Below, in pieces: positions 52,601-62,450 of a stretch of 64,000 bases of DNA. Location of the stretch: assembly GCA_964016885.1 (NCBI GenBank), contig OZ024740.1:290594001-290658000 (forward strand). The letters are read 5' to 3'. The position numbers and the translations under genes were made by a program. This DNA is from Eledone cirrhosa. Taxonomy: Eukaryota. The first letter of the stretch is position 1; each line of letters starts with the position of its first letter. The notes beneath the pieces are model-generated. The model saw nothing but the letters and a program-made list of their open reading frames with translations. It did not search any database and was not told the DNA's origin.

Positions 52601-55600
52601 TTTTTATTCGGGTGCCCCGTTTTTTTATGGGGGGGGTTCGTTTTTTATTTGGGTACCCCGTTTTTTATTTGGGTGCCCCGTTTTTTTATGGGGGGGTCCG
52701 TTTTTTTTTGGATACCCCGTTTTTTATTTGGGTGCCCCGTTTTTTATGGGGGGGGTCCGTTTATTATCTGGGTACCCCGTTTTTTATTTGGGTGCCCCGT
52801 TTTTTATTTGGGTGCTCCGTTTTTTATTTGGGTGCACCGTTTTTTATTTGGGTGACCCGTTTTTTTATGGGGGGGTCCGTTTTTTATTTGGGTGCCCCGT
52901 TTTTTATTTGGGTGCCCCGTTTTTTTATGGGGGTCCGTTTTTTATTTCGGTGCCCCGTTTTTTCATGGGGGGGTCCGTTTTTTATTTGGGTGCCCCGTTT
53001 TTTTATGGGGGGGGGTCCGTTTTTTATTTGGGTGCCCCGTTTTTTATTTGGGTGCCTCGTTTTTTATTTGGGTGCCCCGTTTATTTATGGGGGGGGTCCG
53101 TTTTTTATTTGGGTGCCCCGTTTTTTTATGGGGGGGTCCGTTTTTTATTTGGGTGCCCCGTTCTTTATTTGGGTGCCCCGTTTTTTATTTGGGTGCCCCG
53201 TTTTTTTATGGGGGGGGTCCGTTTTTTATCTGGGTACCCCGTTTTTTATTTGGGTACCCCGTTTTTTATTTGGGTGCCCCGTTTTTTTATGGGGGTGTCC
53301 GTTTTTTATCTGGGTACCCCGTTTTTTATTTGGGTACCCCGTTTTTTATTTGGGTGCCCCGTTTTTTATTTGGGTGCCCCGTTTTTTATTTGGGTGCCCC
53401 GTTCTTTTTACGGGGGGGTCCGTTTTTTATTTGGGTGCCCCGTTTTTTTATGGGGGGGGGGCCGTTTTTTATTTGGGTACCCCGTTTTTTATTTGGGTGC
53501 CCCGTTTTTTTATGGGGGGGTCCGTTTTTTTTTGGATACCCCGTTTTTTATTTGGGTGCCCCGTTTTTTTATGGGGGGGGGGGTCCGTTTATTATCTGGG
53601 TACCCCGTTTTTTATTTGGGTGCCCCGTTTTTTATTTGGGTGCTCCGTTTTTTATTTGGGTGCCCCGTTTTTTATTTGGGTGCCCCGTTTTTTTATGGGG
53701 GTCCGTTTTTTATTTCGGTGCCCCGTTTTTTGATGGGGGGGTCCGTTTTTTATTTGGGTGCCTCGTTTTTTATTTGGGTGCCCCGTTTTTTTATGGGGGG
53801 GGTCCGTTTTTTATTTGGGTGCCCCGTTTTTTTATGGGGGGGGTCCGTTTTTTATTTGGGTGCCCCGTTTTTTATTTGGGTGCCCCGTTTTTTTATGGGG
53901 GGGGTCCGTTTTTTATTTGGGTGCCCCGTTTCTTTATGGGGGGTTCCGTTTTTTATTTGGGTGCCCTATTTTTTATTTGGGCGCCCCGTTTTTTTATGGG
54001 GGGGGGTCCGTTTTTTATTTGGGTGCCCCGTTTTTTATTTGGGTGCCCCGTTTTTTTTATGGGGGGGTCCGTTTTTTATTTGGGTGCCCCGTTTTTTTAT
54101 GGGGGGGGTCCGTTTTTTATTTGGGTGCCCCGTTTTTTATGGGGGGTTCCGTTTTTTATTTGGGTGCCCTATTTTTTATTTGGGCGCCCCGTTTTTTATT
54201 TGGGTGCCCCGTTTTTTATTTGGGTGCCCCGTTTTTTATCTGGGTACCCCGTTTTTTATTTGGGTGCCCCGTTTTTTATTTGGGTGCCTCGTTTTTTATT
54301 TGGGTACCCCGTTTTTTATTTGGGTGCCCCGTTTTTTTATGGGGGGGGTCCGTTTTTTATATGGGGGGGTCCGTTTTTTATTTGGGTGCCCCGTTTTTTA
54401 TTTGGGTGCCCCGTTTTTTATTTGGGTACCCCGTTTTTTATTTGGGTGCCCCGTTTTTTTTTATGGGGGGGTCCGTTTTTTATTTGGGTGCCCCGTTTTT
54501 TTATGGGGGGGGTCCGTTTTTTATTTCGGTGCCCCGTTTTTTATTTGGGTACCCCGTTTTTTATTTGGGTGCCCCGTTTTTTTTATGGGGGGGTCCGTTT
54601 TTTATTTGGGTGCCCCGTTTTTTTATGGGGGGGTCCGTTTTTTTATTTGGATACCCCGTTTTTTATTTGGGTGCCCCGTTTTTTATTTGGGTGCCCCGTT
54701 TTTTTTATGGGGGGGTCCGTTTTATATCTGGGTACCCCGTTTTTTATTTGGGTACCCCGTTTTTTATTTGGGTGCCCCGTTTTTTATTTGGGTGCCCCGT
54801 TTTTTGTTTGGGTGCCCCGTTTTTTTTATGGGGGGGTCCGTTTTTTATTTGGGTGCCCCGTTTTTTATTTGGGTGCCCCGTTTTTTATTTGGGTGCCCCG
54901 TTTTTTTATGGGGGGGTCCGTTTTTTATCTGGGTACCCCGTTTTTTATTTGGGTACCCCTCTTTTTATTTGGGTGCCCCGTTTTTTATTTGGGTGCCCCG
55001 TTTTTTATTTGGGTGCCCCGTTTTTTTATGGGGGGGGCCCGTTTTTTATTTGGGTACCCCGTTTTTTATTTGGGTGCCCCGTTTTTTTTATGGGGGGGGG
55101 TCCGTTTTTTATTTGGGTACCCCGTTTTTTATTTGGGTGCCCCGTTTTTTTATGGGGGGGTCCGTTTTTTATTTGGGTGCCCTATTTTTTATTTGGGTGC
55201 CCCGTTTTTTATTTGGGTGCCCCGTTTTTTATTTGGGTGCCCCGTTTTTTTATGGGGGGGTCCGTTTTTTATTTGGGTGCCCCGTTTTTTATTTGGGTGC
55301 CCCGTTTTTTTATGGGGGGATCCGTTTTTTATTTGGGTACCCCGTTTTTTATTTGGGTGCCTCGTTTTTTTATGGGGGGGGTCCGTTTTTTATTTCGGTG
55401 CCCCGTTTTTTATTTGGGTACCCCGTTTTTTTATGGGGGGGTCCGTTTTTTATTTGGGTGCCCCGTTTTTTATTTGGGTGCCCCGTTTTTTTATGGGGGT
55501 CCGTTTTTTATTTCGGTGCCCCGTTTTTTGATGGGGGGGTCCGTTTTTTATTTGGGTGCCCCGTTTTTTTATGGGGGGGGTCCGTTTTTTATTTGGGTGC

Positions 55601-56490
55601 CCCGTTTTTTATTTGGGTGCCCCGTTTTTTATTTGGGTGCTCCGTTTTTTATTTGGGTGCCCCGTTTTTTATTTGGGTGCTCCGTTTTTTATTTGGGTGC
55701 CCCGTTTTTTATTTGGGTGCCCCGTTTTTTATTTGGGTGCCCCGTTTTTTATTTGGGTGCCCCGTTTTTTTATGGGGGGGTCCGTTTTTTATTTGGGTAC
55801 CCCGTTTTTTATTTGGGTGCCCCGTTTTTTATTTGGGTGCTCCGTTTTTTATTTGGGTGCCCCGTTTTTTATTTGGGTGCCCCGTTTTTTATTTGGGTGC
55901 CCCGTTTTTTATTTGGGTGCCCCGTTTTTTTATCGGGGGGGTCCGTTTTTTATCTGGGTACCCCGTTTTTTATTTGGGTACCCCGTTTTTTATTTGGGTG
56001 CCCGGTTTTTTTATGGAGAGGGTCCGTTTTTTATTTGGTTGCCCCGTTTTTTTATGGGGGGGTCCGTTTTTTATTTGGATACCCCGTTTTTTATTTGGGT
56101 GCCCCGTTTTTTTATGGGGGTGTCCGTTTTTTATTTGGGTGCCCCGTTTTTTATTTGGGTGCCCCGTTTTTTATTTGGGTGCCCCGTTTTTTATTTGGGT
56201 GCCCCGTTTTTTTATGGGGGGGGTCCGTTTTTTAATTGGGTGCCCCGTTTTTTTATTTGGGTACCCCGTTTTTTATTTGGGTGCCTCGTTTTTTTATGGG
56301 GGGGTCCGTTTTTTATTTGGGTACCCCGTTTTTTATTTGGGTGCCCCGTTTTTTATTTGGGTGCCCCGTTTTTTATTTGGGTGCCCCGTTCTTTTATTTG
56401 GGTGCCCCGTTTTTCATTTGGGTGCCCCGTTTTTTTTATGGGGGGGTCCGTTTTTTATTTGGGTGCCCCGTTTTTTTATGGGGGGGGTCC
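40670..56490 (+). repeat. Near-identical tandem duplication: copy 1 ~40670-48980 (8,310 bp), copy 2 ~48980-56490 (~7.5 kb)
   Basis: The ORF track repeats with offset 8308-8312: 40986/49296, 41450/49760, 41732/50042, 42166/50476, 42613/50923, 43345/51655, 44584/52892, 45448/53758 and 47244/55556. Several of these pairs have identical translations. Confidence 0.93.
47090..48800 (+). repeat. 843-bp tandem duplication nested in copy 1 of the 8.3-kb duplication
   Basis: GGAGAGGG occurs at 47703 and 48546, and TATCGGG at ~47619/~48462. ORF starts 47244/48087 and 47924/48767 are also offset by 843. Confidence 0.9.
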
Positions 56491-59400
56491 GTTTTTTATT
56501 TCGGTGCCCCGTTTTTTATTTGGGTACCCCGTTTTTTATTTGGGTGCCCCGTTTTTTTTATGGGGGGGTCCGTTTTTTATTTGGGTGCCCCGTTTTTTTA
56601 TGGGGGGGTCCGTTTTTTTATTTGGATACCCCGTTTTTTATTTGGGTGCCCCGTTTTTTATTTGGGTGCCCCGTTTTTTTATGGGGGGGTCCGTTTTATA
56701 TCTGGGTACCCCGTTTTTTATTTGGGTACCCCGTTTTTTATTTGGGTGCCCCGTTTTTTATTTGGGTGCCCCGTTTTTTGTTTGGGTGCCCCGTTTTTTT
56801 TATGGGGGGGTCCGTTTTTTATTTGGGTGCCCCGTTTTTTATTTGGGTGCCCCGTTTTTTATTTGGGTGCCCCGTTTTTTTATGGGGGGGTCCGTTTTTT
56901 ATCTGGGTACCCCGTTTTTTATTTGGGTACCCCTCTTTTTATTTGGGTGCCCCGTTTTTTATTTGGGTGCCCCGTTTTTTATTTGGGTGCCCCGTTTTTT
57001 TATGGGGGGGGCCCGTTTTTTATTTGGGTACCCCGTTTTTTATTTGGGTGCCCCGTTTTTTTATGGGGGGGGGTCCGTTTTTTATTTGGGTACCCCGTTT
57101 TTTATTTGGGTGCCCCGTTTTTTTATGGGGGGGTCCGTTTTTTATTTGGGTGCCCTATTTTTTATTTGGGTGCCCCGTTTTTTATTTGGGTGCCCCGTTT
57201 TTTATTTGGGTGCCCCGTTTTTTTATGGGGGGGTCCGTTTTTTATTTGGGTGCCCCGTTTTTTATTTGGGTGCCCCGTTTTTTTATGGGGGGATCCGTTT
57301 TTTATTTGGGTACCCCGTTTTTTATTTGGGTGCCTCGTTTTTTTATGGGGGGGGTCCGTTTTTTATTTCGGTGCCCCGTTTTTTATTTGGGTACCCCGTT
57401 TTTTTATGGGGGGGTCCGTTTTTTATTTGGGTGCCCCGTTTTTTATTTGGGTGCCCCGTTTTTTTATGGGGGTCCGTTTTTTATTTCGGTGCCCCGTTTT
57501 TTGATGGGGGGGTCCGTTTTTTATTTGGGTGCCCCGTTTTTTTATGGGGGGGTCCGTTTTTTATTTGGGTGCCCCGTTTTTTATTTGGGTGCCCCGTTTT
57601 TTATTTGGGTGCTCCGTTTTTTATTTGGGTGCCCCGTTTTTTATTTGGGTGCTCCGTTTTTTATTTGGGTGCCCCGTTTTTTATTTGGGTGCCCCGTTTT
57701 TTATTTGGGTGCCCCGTTTTTTATTTGGGTGCCCCGTTTTTTTATGGGGGGGTCCGTTTTTTATTTGGGTACCCCGTTTTTTATTTGGGTGCCCCGTTTT
57801 TTATTTGGGTGCTCCGTTTTTTATTTGGGTGCCCCGTTTTTTATTTGGGTGCCCCGTTTTTTATTTGGGTGCCCCGTTTTTTATTTGGGTGCCCCGTTTT
57901 TTTATCGGGGGGGTCCGTTTTTTATCTGGGTACCCCGTTTTTTATTTGGGTACCCCGTTTTTTATTTGGGTGCCCGGTTTTTTTATGGAGAGGGTCCGTT
58001 TTTTATTTGGTTGCCCCGTTTTTTTATGGGGGGGTCCGTTTTTTATTTGGATACCCCGTTTTTTATTTGGGTGCCCCGTTTTTTTATGGGGGTGTCCGTT
58101 TTTTATTTGGGTGCCCCGTTTTTTATTTGGGTGCCCCGTTTTTTATTTGGGTGCCCCGTTTTTTATTTGGGTGCCCCGTTTTTTTATGGGGGGGGTCCGT
58201 TTTTTAATTGGGTGCCCCGTTTTTTTATTTGGGTACCCCGTTTTTTATTTGGGTGCCTCGTTTTTTTATGGGGGGGTCCGTTTTTTATTTGGGTACCCCG
58301 TTTTTTATTTGGGTGCCCCGTTTTTTATTTGGGTGCCCCGTTTTTTATTTGGGTGCCCCGTTCTTTTATTTGGGTGCCCCGTTTTTCATTTGGGTGCCCC
58401 GTTTTTTTTATGGGGGGGTCCGTTTTTTATTTGGGTGCCCCGTTTTTTTATGGGGGGGGTCCGTTTTTTATTTCGGTGCCCCGTTTTTTATTTGGGTACC
58501 CCGTTTTTTATTTGGGTGCCCCGTTTTTTTTATGGGGGGGTCCGTTTTTTATTTGGGTGCCCCGTTTTTTTATGGGGGGGTCCGTTTTTTTATTTGGATA
58601 CCCCGTTTTTTATTTGGGTGCCCCGTTTTTTATTTGGGTGCCCCGTTTTTTTATGGGGGGGTCCGTTTTATATCTGGGTACCCCGTTTTTTATTTGGGTA
58701 CCCCGTTTTTTATTTGGGTGCCCCGTTTTTTATTTGGGTGCCCCGTTTTTTGTTTGGGTGCCCCGTTTTTTTTATGGGGGGGTCCGTTTTTTATTTGGGT
58801 GCCCCGTTTTTTATTTGGGTGCCCCGTTTTTTATTTGGGTGCCCCGTTTTTTTATGGGGGGGTCCGTTTTTTATCTGGGTACCCCGTTTTTTATTTGGGT
58901 ACCCCTCTTTTTATTTGGGTGCCCCGTTTTTTATTTGGGTGCCCCGTTTTTTATTTGGGTGCCCCGTTTTTTTATGGGGGGGGCCCGTTTTTTATTTGGG
59001 TACCCCGTTTTTTATTTGGGTGCCCCGTTTTTTTATGGGGGGGGGTCCGTTTTTTATTTGGGTACCCCGTTTTTTATTTGGGTGCCCCGTTTTTTTATGG
59101 GGGGGTCCGTTTTTTATTTGGGTGCCCTATTTTTTATTTGGGTGCCCCGTTTTTTATTTGGGTGCCCCGTTTTTTATTTGGGTGCCCCGTTTTTTTATGG
59201 GGGGGTCCGTTTTTTATTTGGGTGCCCCGTTTTTTATTTGGGTGCCCCGTTTTTTTATGGGGGGATCCGTTTTTTATTTGGGTACCCCGTTTTTTATTTG
59301 GGTGCCTCGTTTTTTTATGGGGGGGGTCCGTTTTTTATTTCGGTGCCCCGTTTTTTATTTGGGTACCCCGTTTTTTTATGGGGGGGTCCGTTTTTTATTT

Positions 59401-60375
59401 GGGTGCCCCGTTTTTTATTTGGGTGCCCCGTTTTTTTATGGGGGTCCGTTTTTTATTTCGGTGCCCCGTTTTTTGATGGGGGGGTCCGTTTTTTATTTGG
59501 GTGCCCCGTTTTTTTATGGGGGGGTCCGTTTTTTATTTGGGTGCCCCGTTTTTTATTTGGGTGCCCCGTTTTTTATTTGGGTGCTCCGTTTTTTATTTGG
59601 GTGCCCCGTTTTTTATTTGGGTGCTCCGTTTTTTATTTGGGTGCCCCGTTTTTTATTTGGGTGCCCCGTTTTTTATTTGGGTGCCCCGTTTTTTATTTGG
59701 GTGCCCCGTTTTTTTATGGGGGGGTCCGTTTTTTATTTGGGTACCCCGTTTTTTATTTGGGTGCCCCGTTTTTTATTTGGGTGCTCCGTTTTTTATTTGG
59801 GTGCCCCGTTTTTTATTTGGGTGCCCCGTTTTTTATTTGGGTGCCCCGTTTTTTATTTGGGTGCCCCGTTTTTTTATCGGGGGGGTCCGTTTTTTATCTG
59901 GGTACCCCGTTTTTTATTTGGGTACCCCGTTTTTTATTTGGGTGCCCGGTTTTTTTATGGAGAGGGTCCGTTTTTTATTTGGTTGCCCCGTTTTTTTATG
60001 GGGGGGTCCGTTTTTTATTTGGATACCCCGTTTTTTATTTGGGTGCCCCGTTTTTTTATGGGGGTGTCCGTTTTTTATTTGGGTGCCCCGTTTTTTATTT
60101 GGGTGCCCCGTTTTTTATTTGGGTGCCCCGTTTTTTATTTGGGTGCCCCGTTTTTTTATGGGGGGGGTCCGTTTTTTAATTGGGTGCCCCGTTTTTTTAT
60201 TTGGGTACCCCGTTTTTTATTTGGGTGCCTCGTTTTTTTATGGGGGGGTCCGTTTTTTATTTGGGTACCCCGTTTTTTATTTGGGTGCCCCGTTTTTTAT
60301 TTGGGTGCCCCGTTTTTTATTTGGGTGCCCCGTTCTTTTATTTGGGTGCCCCGTTTTTCATTTGGGTGCCCCGTT
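54440..60375 (+). repeat. Three tandem copies of a 1,972-bp unit (nascent higher-order repeat, ~98 monomers)
   Basis: GGAGAGGG occurs at 56015, 57987 and 59959, and GGATCC at 55318, 57291 and 59263. ORF starts are 56236/58208/60180 and 55556/57529/59501. Confidence 0.93.
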
Positions 60376-62450
60376 TTTTATTTGGGTGCCCCGTTTTTTA
60401 TTTGGGTGCCCCGTTTTTTAATGGGGGGGGTCCGTTTTTTAATTGGGTGCCCCGTTTTTTTATTTGGGTACCCCGTTTTTTATTTGGGTGCCCCGTTTTT
60501 TTATGGGGGGGTCCGTTTTTTATTTGGGTACCCCGTTTTTTATTTGGGTGCCCCGTTTTTTATTTGGGTGCCCCGTTTTTTATTTGGGTGCCCCGTTCTT
60601 TTATTTGGGTGCCCCGTTTTTCATTTGGGTGCCCCGTTTTTTATTTGGGTGCCCCGTTTTTTTATGGGGGGTCCGTTCTTTATTTGGGTGCCCCGTTTTT
60701 TTATGGGGGGGTCCGTTTTTTAATTGGGTGCCCCGTTTTTTATTTGGGTGCCCCGTTTTTTATTTGGGTGCCCCGTTTTTTTATGGGGGGGTACGTTTTT
60801 TATTTGGGTGCCCCGTTTTTTTATGGGGGGGTCCGTTTTTTAATTGGGTGCCCCGTTTTTTATTTGGGTGCCCCGTTTTTTATTTGGGTGCCCCGTTTTT
60901 TTATGGGGGGGGTCCGTTTTTTATTTGGGTGCCCCGTTTTTTATTTGGGTGCCCCGTTTTTTTATTTGGGTACCCCGTTTTTTATTTGGGTGCCCCGTTT
61001 TTTTATGGGGGGGGTCCGTTTTTTATTTGGGTACCCCGTTTTTTATTTGGGTGCCCCGTTTTTTATTTGGGTGCCCCGTTTTTTATTTGGGTGCCCCGTC
61101 TTTTTATTTGGGTACCCCGTTTTTCTATTTGGGTGCCCCGTTTTTTATTTGGGTGCCCCGTTTTTTTATGGGGGGTCCGTTCTTTATTTGGGTGCCCCGT
61201 TTTTTTATGGGGGGGTCCGTTTTTTAATTGGGTGCCCCGTTTTTTATTTGGGTGCCCCGTTTTTTATTTGGGTGCCCCGTTTTTTTATGGGGGGGTCCGT
61301 TTTTTAATTGGGTGCCCCGTTTTTTATTTGGGTGCCCCGTTTTTTATTTGGGTGCCCCGTTTTTTTATGGGGGGGGTCCGTTTTTTATTTGGGTGCCCCG
61401 TTTTTTATTTGGGTGCCCCGTTTTTTTATTTGGGTACCCCGTTTTTTATTTGGGTGCCCCGTTTTTTTATGGGGGGGTCCGTTTTTTATTTGGGTACCCC
61501 GTTTTTTATTTGGGTGCCCCGTTTTTTATTTGGGTGCCCCGTTTTTTATTTGGGTGCCCCGTCTTTTTATTTGGGTACCCCGTTTTTTATTTGGGTGTCC
61601 CGTTTTTTATTTGGGTACCCCGTTTTTTATTTGGGTGCCCCGTTTTTTATTTGGGTGCCCCGTTTTTTTATGGGGGGGTCCGTTTTTTATTTGGGTGCCC
61701 CGTTTTTTATTTGGGTGCCCCGTTTTTTATTTGGGTGCCCCGTTTGTTTATTTGGGTGCCCCGTTTTTTATTTGGGTGCCCCGTTTTTTATTTGGGTGCC
61801 CCGTTTTTTATTTGGGTGCCCCGTTTTTTATTTGGGTGTCCCGTTTTTTATTTGGGTGCCCCGTTTTTTTATGGGGGGGGGGTCCGTTTTTTATTTGGGT
61901 GCCCCGTTTTTTATTTGGGTGCCCCGTTTTTTTATGGGGGGGGTCCGTTTTTTATTTGGGTGCCCCGTTTTTTATTTGGGTGCCCGGTTTTTTTATTTGG
62001 GTACCCCGTTTTTTATTTGGGTGCCCCGTTTTTTTATGGGGGGGTCCGTTTTTTATTTGGGTACCCCGTTTTTTATTTGGGTGCCCCGTTTTTTATTTGG
62101 GTGCCCCGTTTTTTATTTGGGTGCCCCGTCTTTTTATTTGGGTACCCCGTTTTTTATTTGGGTGCCCCGTTTTTTATTTGGGTACCCCGTTTTTTATTTG
62201 GGTGCCCCGTTTTTTATTTGGGTGCCCCGTTTTTTTATGGGGGGGTCCGTTTTTTATTTGGGTGCCCCGTTTTTTATTTGGGTGCCCCGTTTTTTATTTG
62301 GGTGCCCCGTTTGTTTATTTGGGTGCCCCGTTTTTTATTTGGGTGCCCCGTTTTTTATTTGGGTGCCCCGTTTTTTATTTGGGTGCCCCGTTTTTTATTT
62401 GGGTGCCCCGTTTTTTATTTGGGTGCCCCGTTTTTTTATGGGGGGGGTCC
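60160..62450 (+). repeat. Cluster of short nested duplications (~263, ~464, ~568 bp)
   Basis: ORF starts 60180/60443 are offset by 263. TTAATTGGG recurs at ~60720, 60840, 61224 and 61304. CCGTCTTT occurs at ~61096, ~61559 and ~62126, and CGTTTGTTT at ~61741/~62308. Confidence 0.65.
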
